From a virus, in IMG/VR virus record IMGVR_UViG_3300017766_005733, positions 67,626 to 131,625 of that record: a stretch of 64,000 nucleotides of DNA, one strand, 5' to 3'. The notes under the pieces were generated by a model. The model saw only the letters and a program-made list of their open reading frames with translations. It made no database searches and had not been told where the DNA came from. Made by a program: the position numbers and the translations under genes. This document shows positions 17,568 through 26,133 of this stretch, in pieces (the first letter of the stretch is position 1; every line of letters begins with the position of its first letter).

Positions 17568-20500
17568 AAATCACCTCAATCAACGCCGTCACGGTGAGAG
17601 CGGAACCTTGGCTCAAGCAGCGCTTCGGCGCCGACCACTACGCGCAGATCAGCGCCGACACGACCCTGAAGCTGCGGTCGTCGGTGAAGGACGTTGCGCG
17701 CGCCACCCACGGCTCAGTGCCGCCTGACGTCGAGGAACTGACCAAGCAGTTCCAGAATCCTCCTCAGGGCATCAGCGACAGCGACTTCGTCTTTGGCTAC
17801 ACGGCCAACGACGAACACGTCCCCGGCAGCATCGAGACCGACGCCGCCCTCAAGACCTACATCTCCCGATACCCCAAGGAATGGGAGACGGTGCAGCGGC
17901 TGCTGGGTATCGCGCGGTCCAAGACCCGTCACGCCTGCGGCTTCATCATCGCCAATCGCCCTGTCCATGAGTTCATCCCGTTGATGGACATCGGCGGCGT
18001 CACGGCCACGCAGTACACCTCTTCTGCCGTCGAGGCCGCCGGCGGGCTGAAGATGGACTTCCTTGTCGTCAACAGCCTTGGCGACATCAAGGATGCCCTG
18101 AACCTGATTCAGGAGGGGACGTTGCCCGGAGGCCGGGCCAGTGGCGACGAGGGTCTGCGGTATCCGGCGACGCTGGTGATCAACGGCCGCCTTGTGCCGC
18201 GCCATCGTCTTGTGCCCGACGGCAACGGCGGCTTCTACGACATTTGGGATCTGCCCGAGGATCAGGCGGTGTTTCGCGAGATCAGCGAGGGCAAGACCGA
18301 GACCGTCTTCCAGTTCAACACCCCCGGCGCCATCCAGTGGCTGCGGCACTTCAACCACTGGAAGGACGAGATGGCTGGACACAAGGCCATTGACTCCATT
18401 GAAGCCATGTCGGCCTTCACGGCCCTTGACCGCCCCGGACCCTTGGATGCCTACGTTGAGGGGCCCGATGGCCGCCAGCACAACATGCTCGTGGAGTACG
18501 CCCGCCGTGCCCGCGGCGAAGAAGCCTGTGGCAGCATCAATGCCCTGTCAGTCCTCTTTCCCGAGACCTATGGCGTCCTGACCTACCAAGAGCAGCTGCA
18601 GCGCGCGTATCGCGAGTTGACGGGCTGCAGCGGCTCAGAGGCCGAGGAGTTCCGCACCAACGTCGCGAAGAAGAAGATGGACAAGGTCCTGAAGGCCTAC
18701 CCGGCGTTCATTGAGCGTGCTTCCGCCAAGGTTGGCGGCGAGCAAGTCGCCAAGACCATCTGGGAAACCTTCGTTACATGGGGACAATACGGCTTCAACA
18801 AAACTATGGACCAAAGCACAATCTTGTCTACGGTTGACGGTGACCAGAAGCGCATCGTCGATTTCAAGGGCGGAGAGCATGTTTGGTGTGTTGATGATCA
18901 TGGGCAAAAAACCGCGACCGAAGTCGTGGCGTTGCATGATCATGGCGAACTGATGGGTTGGGAACTTGAGTTTGACGATGGCTACAAGGTAGTTGCGTCA
19001 TCTCATCATAAGTTCTTGACAGAACTTGGCCAGACACCCCTTCATGAAATCATTGATCGGGATTTGGAGGTGCTTGGTGGCGTATCAATGGAAGAATCGA
19101 GTGGTGGGCATTCCAATGGCGTGCGGCCAGAGGGTGCCGAAACGCCAGAGGGCGATGCACAAAAGGGACTGCGCGACTTGCGCGGCCGTGAAAGCGGAAA
19201 ACATTCGGCAGAGGATGATTGCGCACAACACTCGGCCGGAACAGAAGGCAGCGGCCTCGGAGGCCGCTCAGAGAACTTCGTCTCGGCGAGACATCCAGCT
19301 GCAGCGAGTGGCGCGAATGCATGCTTGGCAGCGAGAGCATCCAGAACAGATCGAGGCGATCTGGGAATCCGCCAGAAGAGCAGGCAAGAAATCGAAGGCG
19401 GAGGCATGGCTTCGATCAGAGGCGATCTTGAGTTGGCCGGATGCACAGATCCGCTGCGGGCTCAAGAAGAAGCAGGTGGACTTCGTGTCCCCAGACCACA
19501 AAATCTGGGTGGAAGTGGACGGATTCTTCCACTTTCACGAGGCATCGAAAACTCGGAAACAGTTGACGAAGATTCAGGAGAGGTACGCGATGCTGCGCGA
19601 CGAAGCGCTTCGTCGCGGCGATGTGACATTGATCCGGCTTTCCGGGCAATGCTTCCGTTCTTCCGACGGGAGGATGCATCGCGAATGGCTAGAGTGGCTT
19701 ACAGCGACGCTCCGCTCTCCTGTTCCCGGAGTCTGGTGCGCCGGCGCATTGTACGAGTCCGTGCAGTGGGCATCCGCCGGATGTACGATCTTGAAGTCGC
19801 CCACCCGAAACACAACTTTATGCTGTCCAACGGAGTCGTAACCAGCAATAGTCACTCGGTTTGCTACAGCCACATCGCCTACGCCTGCGCCTACCTCAAG
19901 CACCACTTCCCGCTGGAGTGGTGGTGCGCCGTCCTTGGCAATGCGTCAAAGAACGAGGTCGTCGACGACTTCTGGCGCCACTGCGGTCATCTCGTCAAGC
20001 TGCCGGACATCAACCGGTCGTCGCGCAAGTTCCGGATTGAAGGCGACCACATCCGCGCGCCCGTGGGCCTGATCGTGGGTGTTGGCGAGACGGCACAGCA
20101 GCAGCTACTGGCCCTCGCCCCCTTCGTTGACGTCCGCGACTTCTGCCAGAAGATCGAGGTCGATTGCGTTGCCCGCAAGACGCCGCTGATCGACAAGGCA
20201 ACGGGGAAACAAAAGACGACAAAGGACGGCCAGCTGCGATGGACGAAGGGCCGCAGCGCGCTGACGCGAGGCGTTGTGCATCTCCTCATTGCCGCCGGCG
20301 TCATGGACAGCCTCTTCCCCGCCGACTCCACGCTGTCGGAGAAGATCGCGGCCTACGAGCAGGCGTCGGCTGAGGCCAAGGGCGAAAAGAAGATCCAGCC
20401 GGTGCCGCCCAAGTACCTCGTCAACAGCCGCGTCCTCAACTTCCAGCTGCGCAAGAAGGTGCTGCCCATCTACAGCGAGGCCCTGTATCCGCTGCTGCTG

Positions 20501-20980
20501 GAGGCCGACGAAGAACAATGGCCGCGGAAGGCGCTGACTCATGCCCGTCAGCCCATCTTCCGCCACATGGCCGACGACATCCCCGTCGTCAGCCATCGCC
20601 GTCTGCAGGCGCTGGAAACCATCACGCCGTGGCCCGCGGACATGAAGATCAAGGTGGCGGTGCCGTGTGTCGTCAAAGGCCGCCGCGTCTTCTCTTACGC
20701 CAAGGGCGAGAAGGAGGCCTGCGAGTTGGACCTTGACTGCGAGGGCGGTGGCGCGGTAAACGTCGTGAAGTGGCCCGACCGGAAGACGGGTAAGATTCCG
20801 GCGTGGTACAGGAGCGACATCGCTGGTGCTATTGGCCTTGCTATCTTTGAAAAATACACCGAGCGCCGGCCCTTTGGCCTCGTCGACCTGATTGTCTTCC
20901 ACCAACCAGCAACAACGGAAACCGAGAATGAGCAAGAAGCCCAACAAGATGCCGCAGAACGAACCCCAGACGCCGCCTGA
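17564..20980 (+). CDS. dnaE: DNA polymerase III alpha subunit, C-terminal fragment, containing an intein
   Basis: FGADHYAQI, RHACGFII, GGLKMDFL, TVFQF, RPGP, TYGVLTYQEQ, YGFNK^SHSVCY, YLKHHFPLEW, LPDINRS. Confidence 0.93.
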   Translation: MKITSINAVTVRAEPWLKQRFGADHYAQISADTTLKLRSSVKDVARATHGSVPPDVEELTKQFQNPPQGISDSDFVFGYTANDEHVPGSIETDAALKTYISRYPKEWETVQRLLGIARSKTRHACGFIIANRPVHEFIPLMDIGGVTATQYTSSAVEAAGGLKMDFLVVNSLGDIKDALNLIQEGTLPGGRASGDEGLRYPATLVINGRLVPRHRLVPDGNGGFYDIWDLPEDQAVFREISEGKTETVFQFNTPGAIQWLRHFNHWKDEMAGHKAIDSIEAMSAFTALDRPGPLDAYVEGPDGRQHNMLVEYARRARGEEACGSINALSVLFPETYGVLTYQEQLQRAYRELTGCSGSEAEEFRTNVAKKKMDKVLKAYPAFIERASAKVGGEQVAKTIWETFVTWGQYGFNKTMDQSTILSTVDGDQKRIVDFKGGEHVWCVDDHGQKTATEVVALHDHGELMGWELEFDDGYKVVASSHHKFLTELGQTPLHEIIDRDLEVLGGVSMEESSGGHSNGVRPEGAETPEGDAQKGLRDLRGRESGKHSAEDDCAQHSAGTEGSGLGGRSENFVSARHPAAASGANACLAARASRTDRGDLGIRQKSRQEIEGGGMASIRGDLELAGCTDPLRAQEEAGGLRVPRPQNLGGSGRILPLSRGIENSETVDEDSGEVRDAARRSASSRRCDIDPAFRAMLPFFRREDASRMARVAYSDAPLSCSRSLVRRRIVRVRAVGIRRMYDLEVAHPKHNFMLSNGVVTSNSHSVCYSHIAYACAYLKHHFPLEWWCAVLGNASKNEVVDDFWRHCGHLVKLPDINRSSRKFRIEGDHIRAPVGLIVGVGETAQQQLLALAPFVDVRDFCQKIEVDCVARKTPLIDKATGKQKTTKDGQLRWTKGRSALTRGVVHLLIAAGVMDSLFPADSTLSEKIAAYEQASAEAKGEKKIQPVPPKYLVNSRVLNFQLRKKVLPIYSEALYPLLLEADEEQWPRKALTHARQPIFRHMADDIPVVSHRRLQALETITPWPADMKIKVAVPCVVKGRRVFSYAKGEKEACELDLDCEGGGAVNVVKWPDRKTGKIPAWYRSDIAGAIGLAIFEKYTERRPFGLVDLIVFHQPATTETENEQEAQQDAAERTPDAA
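18803..19849 (+). mobile_element. Intein (349 aa) at the YGFNK^SHS site, starting with Thr
   Basis: Block A TMDQSTILSTVDG; block B ASSHHKFLT; block F MYDLEVAHPKHNFM; block G NGVVTSN|S. Removing it restores YGFNKSHSVCY. Confidence 0.92.
19077..19841 (+). CDS. Vsr/DUF559-like homing endonuclease nested in the +1 frame inside the intein
   Basis: GGAGG (19066-19070), 6 nt, GTG 19077; SKAE...VDFVSPDHKIWVEVDGFFH...LRRGDVTLIRL; basic helical N-terminal region. Confidence 0.82.
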   Translation: MAYQWKNRVVGIPMACGQRVPKRQRAMHKRDCATCAAVKAENIRQRMIAHNTRPEQKAAASEAAQRTSSRRDIQLQRVARMHAWQREHPEQIEAIWESARRAGKKSKAEAWLRSEAILSWPDAQIRCGLKKKQVDFVSPDHKIWVEVDGFFHFHEASKTRKQLTKIQERYAMLRDEALRRGDVTLIRLSGQCFRSSDGRMHREWLEWLTATLRSPVPGVWCAGALYESVQWASAGCTILKSPTRNTTLCCPTES

Positions 20981-21731
20981 GACCACCAAGAAGCCGCTTG
21001 AGGTCATGCTTTTGGAGCAGATGCGGGCGCTGCGTGAGCGCGCCAACATCAACCTCGACGAGGTTCCCGCCAACGTCCGCGCTGCCTTTGGTGCCTCGCG
21101 TGCCGAGGCTCGTGAGAAGTTGGAGGTGCTGAAGCGCGAGTACGGCAAGTTCATTGACGACAACACCGTCGTCATGTTCCTGCACGGCAATCGTCGTCAC
21201 TGCGGCGCATTCGCTGAGATGGCGCGTGAACTCGGGCCCGTCATTGTCGTCGACACCGAGAACGTCTACCGGCAGCTTGCCGAACTCATTCTGCCCAAGA
21301 TGCGAGGGCGCACGGGGTCAATGAACTTCGACACCGCGGAGTACGTCACGCTCCTCGACGGTTTCGCTGCTCTCGCCAAGGAATACGGCATTGCCGATAT
21401 GCCGCGGCCCAAGTTCCGTTCCGCGTCCTTCACCAGCGACGCGCAGGTCGTCGACTTCGTCCGCGGCCTCGTCCGCGAGGTCGTTGGTGCCGACTTCACA
21501 AATCTCTTGACACGCCACGAAGTTCTGGTACAAGCACTGGAAGTCGGCTTCCACACCAGCGTCCCCTGTGTTGTCTACAACGCCGGGGAAGAGGAAGAGG
21601 CCGTGGGCAAGAATCTTGTGAGGGACCGGAAGCGTATGATGGTCAAGACTATCATGAAGGGCGAGGATGTCACTGAGGACGCCGTTGTGGCGGCTCTCGG
21701 CGAACTCGCAGCCCTCGCCTCCGGCACCTGA
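20928..21731 (+). CDS. Hypothetical protein, possibly a degenerate NMP-kinase fold
   Basis: VMFLHG...VVDTENVYRQLA resembles the CMP-kinase DTG..YR motif; no GKS/T. Confidence 0.7.
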   Translation: MSKKPNKMPQNEPQTPPETTKKPLEVMLLEQMRALRERANINLDEVPANVRAAFGASRAEAREKLEVLKREYGKFIDDNTVVMFLHGNRRHCGAFAEMARELGPVIVVDTENVYRQLAELILPKMRGRTGSMNFDTAEYVTLLDGFAALAKEYGIADMPRPKFRSASFTSDAQVVDFVRGLVREVVGADFTNLLTRHEVLVQALEVGFHTSVPCVVYNAGEEEEAVGKNLVRDRKRMMVKTIMKGEDVTEDAVVAALGELAALASGT

Positions 21732-21772
21732 ACAAGCGACTGAAACAACAACTGCAACAGGAGAAAACAACC

Positions 21773-22951
21773 ATGACCACCGCCGGATTCAACAAGCCCA
21801 AGTACGGTAACTCCGAGGCCTCGTGGGGGCGTCTGAAGATCCCGATGCCCAAGGGCCCCGATGACATCGCGCGCCTTGTCGTCCGCCTTCTGCCGCCCTT
21901 CGGCAACCTCGCGGCTCAGCGCAAGTGGAGCATCTACCACAGCGTTCACTACGGCTTTGAGGGCCGTGATGGCCGCGACCCCACCAAGACCCGCCACAAG
22001 CCCTTCGCCTGCGTCGAAGAGAAGCGCCGCGGCATGGTCGTCAGCGACTGCCCGATGTGCAACCTCATGCAGTCGCGCAAGAAGTCGCTGGAGGCCAAGC
22101 TGGCGAAGCTGAAGGCCGATGGCAAGACCGACGATGAGGCCAAGGCTCTGACCAAGGACCTCAGCGATTGGCTGCGCAAGTACAACGTCGACCGCAAGCA
22201 CTACATGGCGGCGATGGACGAGTCGGGCCGCTTCCACGTCTTCATGCTCAGCCACGAGACGAAGAAGCGCCTTGAGGGTGTCATCGCCAAGATGCTTGAG
22301 CAGGACATCGATCCGCTGGACCTCGACAGCGGCGTCTGGTTTGAGTTCCGCCGCAGCGGCAACCCCAAGGTCGTCTCGTCGCTCGTCGACGAGGTGGACG
22401 TGGTCATGGAGAAGACGGTCGTCAATGGCCGTAGCTACATGGCCCCCAAGCCCGCGCCGCTCTCCGAGGACCAGACCAACGAGGCCCTGCGCATCCTGCC
22501 GAGCCTCGACACGGTGGTGACGGTCATCAGCCGCGAGCAGATCCAGCAGCTGGTCAACTGCAGCGGTGACCCGGAAGAGGTCGACGCCATCTTCAACAGC
22601 GGTCGTCCCGACTCCTACGAGTCGCGGCCGATGACGCCCAAGGCGGCGCCGACGCCGGCCCCAGCGCCCAAGCCCGCCCCGCAGGCGCCTGCCCCGGCGC
22701 CCGTGGAAGAGGAAGCGCCGGCGGCCGCGGCTGCCGATGACGACGATGAGATCGCGCGCATGGAGGCAATGCTGGCGGCCAAGAAGGCTGCGAAGGCAGC
22801 TGCCGCCAAGCCCGCGGTGGCCATCTCGGCTCCCCCAAAGCCCGCCCCGGCCCCCAAGCCGGCGCCAGCGGCGGTGGCTGAAGACGCGGACCTCGATGCC
22901 ATGAGCAACGAAGACTTCCTGCGTCAGTTCCCCGACCCGTCGATGGGCTGA
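21773..22951 (+). CDS. gp32-like single-stranded DNA-binding protein
   Basis: VRLLPP, H..C...CPMC zinc site, DPLDLDSGVWFEF, Pro/Ala linker and acidic tail; replication gene context. Confidence 0.82.
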   Translation: MTTAGFNKPKYGNSEASWGRLKIPMPKGPDDIARLVVRLLPPFGNLAAQRKWSIYHSVHYGFEGRDGRDPTKTRHKPFACVEEKRRGMVVSDCPMCNLMQSRKKSLEAKLAKLKADGKTDDEAKALTKDLSDWLRKYNVDRKHYMAAMDESGRFHVFMLSHETKKRLEGVIAKMLEQDIDPLDLDSGVWFEFRRSGNPKVVSSLVDEVDVVMEKTVVNGRSYMAPKPAPLSEDQTNEALRILPSLDTVVTVISREQIQQLVNCSGDPEEVDAIFNSGRPDSYESRPMTPKAAPTPAPAPKPAPQAPAPAPVEEEAPAAAAADDDDEIARMEAMLAAKKAAKAAAAKPAVAISAPPKPAPAPKPAPAAVAEDADLDAMSNEDFLRQFPDPSMG

Positions 22952-22969
22952 GCCCCTCTCGGTTCTCGC

Positions 22970-23003
22970 AGCAACCCGGTGAAAGCCGGGTTGCTTTCTT
23001 TTT
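22970..23003 (+). terminator. Rho-independent terminator
   Basis: AGCAACCCGGT-GAAA-GCCGGGTTGCT followed by TTCTTTTT. Confidence 0.85.
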
Positions 23004-23062
23004 ACACCTGCGCTAGGGTATGGGTGGGGTACGTCCCCATCGAGACAAGGAGTTGCAACATC

Positions 23063-23647
23063 ATGTCTGAAATCGATCTGCTGGAAGGAATCGACCTTTC
23101 GGTCTTGGAGGAGGCGGAGCGACGCATGCACGAAGTGGCGTCGGTCACCAAGTTCAGGGCTCAGGAACTGCTCGATCTCTTCAATCACGCCCATCTTGCG
23201 GCGTCGAGGGCTCGCGCAGTGTTCCTGCGCGCCAGCCAACGCGCCGAGTCGTCTCTGGAGGCCTTGGCGGCCGACATTTCCCTCAACCGTGCTCCCGCGA
23301 TCCTCAAGGAGAAGGGGCTTGTGTCTCCGCGCAGCCCCGGCGGCAGCGAAGACCTGCGTCAGTCCGTTGTTCAAGCCGATCCCGAGTACCGGGAGATGCG
23401 CGAGCAGCTGATTGACCTGAAGGCCGGCGTCGAGACCTTCAGTGTCCGCGCGCGGGCCATGGAGAAGGCCTTCTCGGCGGTCAAGGCCGTGTTCCTCGAC
23501 AAGGAACTCCCCAACCCCGGCGTCAGTCATCGCATGACGCCTATTGACGACAACGAACAGACTGCTATCACTCAACGGCAGCAACCAGCGCCCTCCGCCC
23601 CGACGTCCAACCGTCGTGGCTTCGCGCAAGCTGCCTACGTCCGCTGA
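23063..23647 (+). CDS. Probable UvsY-like recombination mediator
   Basis: All-helical, VVQADPEY motif, located between SSB and RecA; AAGGAG SD. Confidence 0.55.
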   Translation: MSEIDLLEGIDLSVLEEAERRMHEVASVTKFRAQELLDLFNHAHLAASRARAVFLRASQRAESSLEALAADISLNRAPAILKEKGLVSPRSPGGSEDLRQSVVQADPEYREMREQLIDLKAGVETFSVRARAMEKAFSAVKAVFLDKELPNPGVSHRMTPIDDNEQTAITQRQQPAPSAPTSNRRGFAQAAYVR

Positions 23648-23672
23648 AACTGCAACTAACAAGGAGACGACA

Positions 23673-24743
23673 ATGGCCAGCAAGTGGAAGAAAGAACTGT
23701 CGAAACTGTCCGGCTACATCCCCAACGAAGACCGCGAGTCGATTCATCGGCAGGTGCTGCGCACCGGTTCGCCGGGCGTTGACTTCACGTTTGGCAACGG
23801 CTGGGGCCTGCCCCTCGGCTACACCCAGTGCATCTTCGGCCCGCCCAAGGGCGGCAAGTCGCTGTACTCCTACGCCATGATCTCGCAGATGCACCGCGAC
23901 TACGAGGACGCGGAGGCCATCAAGTTCGACACCGAGTATCGCGACGAGGGTCAGCTGACGCAGAAGCAGGCGGCGGCCTACGGCATCGACTGGGACCGTT
24001 ACACGGCCATCCAGACGAACACCGCTGAGGGCGTCTTCGACCAGATCGAGACGAAGATCGCGGCGATGTGCGACGACGGCTTCCCGCTGAAGTTGGTCAT
24101 CATCGACTCCATCAACGGCATCATGGGCCGGCGCATGTCGAATGCCGACAGCGTGGGGCAGCAGCTGATCGGTGACGTCGCTCAGACCCTGCAGGATGGC
24201 TTCAAGCGCATTCTGCGTGTGCAGCGCAAGTACCGCTTTGGCGTCCTGCTGACGGCGCAGGTGCGAGCGGAGATGGACATGGCCGAGCAGCAGCGCGGCA
24301 ACAAGGTGAAGATGGCGGCGGCCTTCGGTGTCCAGCACTACGCCGAATACTTCACCTTCGTCGAGCGCATGAAGGCGAAGGCGGCGCAGAAGGATCTTCT
24401 GGGGCGCGAGTTCATCGATGAGTCGGTCACCGACTTCATGGACAATGGCGAGCGCACGGGCCACAAGATCCGGGTGGTGATGAAGGACAGCAGCCTCGGG
24501 CCGGCGGGTCGCGCAGGCGAGATGACCTTCAACTACAATCAGGGACTGGTGAACCGTCAGGATGAAATCTTCATCCTCGGCACGGGCCACAACGTCATAG
24601 AGAGCAGCGGAACGTGGTACAGCTTCGGTGACCGCAAGCTGCAGAAGGCTGCCTTCCTTGAGGCGCTGCAGACGGACCCTGACTTCGCCAACGCCATCCT
24701 CAAGAAGCTGCGTGAGCGCGATCTGTCGTTGACCAACGGCTGA
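23673..24743 (+). CDS. recA: RecA/UvsX-family recombinase
   Basis: RTGSPGVD...GWGLP, GPPKGGKS, FDTE, VIIDSI, AQVR, SGTWYSF. Confidence 0.92.
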   Translation: MASKWKKELSKLSGYIPNEDRESIHRQVLRTGSPGVDFTFGNGWGLPLGYTQCIFGPPKGGKSLYSYAMISQMHRDYEDAEAIKFDTEYRDEGQLTQKQAAAYGIDWDRYTAIQTNTAEGVFDQIETKIAAMCDDGFPLKLVIIDSINGIMGRRMSNADSVGQQLIGDVAQTLQDGFKRILRVQRKYRFGVLLTAQVRAEMDMAEQQRGNKVKMAAAFGVQHYAEYFTFVERMKAKAAQKDLLGREFIDESVTDFMDNGERTGHKIRVVMKDSSLGPAGRAGEMTFNYNQGLVNRQDEIFILGTGHNVIESSGTWYSFGDRKLQKAAFLEALQTDPDFANAILKKLRERDLSLTNG

Positions 24744-24811
24744 TTATCAGCTACCGTTGCCGTCAACCCGCGGCCACGCCCCACGGCGTGGCCGTTGGCT
24801 TTGGAGAAGAC

Positions 24812-25120
24812 ATGAACCGAAAATACCTCACGTTCGTTATGCGCGACGGCTCTACTTGGGGCGTTCCTGTGTCGCGCATCGCCAACAACCGAGCCCGCCA
24901 CTACGCCTTTGAGTTCGGCGGTGACGTCGAGCGCAGCCTGAAGGAAGACACCCTGCCGCTGTTTGAAGCCAACCCCAGCGCCATTGAGGATTGGGCGACA
25001 GGCGACATGGACTGGGCGGACGTCGTTGACGTTGCCGTCAAGCTGTCGCTGCCGCCCGAGTTGAAGCGCAAGGACTTCGTTGAGGCGTGGCTGGGCCCCA
25101 AGAGGCTGGAGGAACGATGA
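24812..25120 (+). CDS. Hypothetical phage protein
   Basis: GGAG SD, ATG 24812. Confidence 0.75.
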   Translation: MNRKYLTFVMRDGSTWGVPVSRIANNRARHYAFEFGGDVERSLKEDTLPLFEANPSAIEDWATGDMDWADVVDVAVKLSLPPELKRKDFVEAWLGPKRLEER

Positions 25121-26133
25121 GCGACTTTGAGCCCGAGCGCCTTGACAAACTGATGCGTGACTCCGGAGTCTCTTTCCGCGAGTCCGGCCAGTCCTACATC
25201 CTAGACTGCCCTCGTTGCGGCAAGAAGGACAAGCTGTACATCCGTCGCCGCGACGGCCGCTTCGTCTGCTGGCATTGCGCTGGCGAAGGCTTTCAGGGGC
25301 GTCCAGAGTACGCGCTGACGGAGATCCTTGGCCAGCCGCTGGCGGACATCCGCCGGCAGCTGTATCGCTGGACGCCCGACCGCGCCACCGTCGGTCGCCT
25401 TGACCTTGCGGCCTTGGGCTTCAAGCCAGAGGACGACGAGGGCGAGGAGATCCTGACCGAGCCGCCGCTGCCTGAAGCCGACCTGCCGCCAGAGACATGG
25501 GCGCTTGACGATGACTTCTACGCCAAGAAGGGGCGAGCCTACGTCGAGGGCCGCGGCGTGCCCTTGGACGTGGCCATGCACTACGGCATCCGCTACTGGA
25601 CGTCGAAGCGCTGCATCGTCTTCCCCATCGTCATGAACGGCCGCTGTGTCGGCTATCAGACGCGCACGACGCAATCCACCGAGCCCTACGTCGTGACGCT
25701 CGATGACGGGCGACAGAAGGTCATCAAGCCTCTGAAGGCCATGACCAGCGACAAGCTGGCGCGCGACCGCATCCTCATGTTCCACGATCGGCTACAGGGC
25801 AGCGACCACGCCGTGCTCTGCGAGGGGCCCTTTGACGCCATCAAGGCCCACCTCTGTGGAGGCAACGTGGCGACCCTCGGCAAGTGGGTGAGCGATCGCC
25901 AGCTGGACCTCATCGTCGACAGGGGCATTCGCCGCATCTACCTCGGCCTCGACCCCGACGCCATCGATGACGTTGCGCGCCTGATCAGACAAAGAGGGCT
26001 TGAGGAAACCTACCTGATTGAGGTCCCCAAGCCCTACAAGGATCTCGGTGAGATGCCCATGGAAGCAGTGCTTGACTGCTTCCATGACGCCCGCCGCGTT
26101 TACTCGACGATGGTGTTCGTCAACTTCCGCTGA
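25117..26133 (+). CDS. DNA primase (zinc finger plus TOPRIM)
   Basis: CPRC...CWHC, VFPI, LCEGPFDA, LGLDPDA, KDLGE. Confidence 0.92.
   Translation: MSDFEPERLDKLMRDSGVSFRESGQSYILDCPRCGKKDKLYIRRRDGRFVCWHCAGEGFQGRPEYALTEILGQPLADIRRQLYRWTPDRATVGRLDLAALGFKPEDDEGEEILTEPPLPEADLPPETWALDDDFYAKKGRAYVEGRGVPLDVAMHYGIRYWTSKRCIVFPIVMNGRCVGYQTRTTQSTEPYVVTLDDGRQKVIKPLKAMTSDKLARDRILMFHDRLQGSDHAVLCEGPFDAIKAHLCGGNVATLGKWVSDRQLDLIVDRGIRRIYLGLDPDAIDDVARLIRQRGLEETYLIEVPKPYKDLGEMPMEAVLDCFHDARRVYSTMVFVNFR

Noticed and set aside
16950-17600. Group I intron, or canonical split intein, as the explanation for the dnaE break
   Set aside because: There is no non-coding space for a ribozyme core (ATGA coupling at both junctions), and no block A, TxxH or terminal Asn plus nucleophile.
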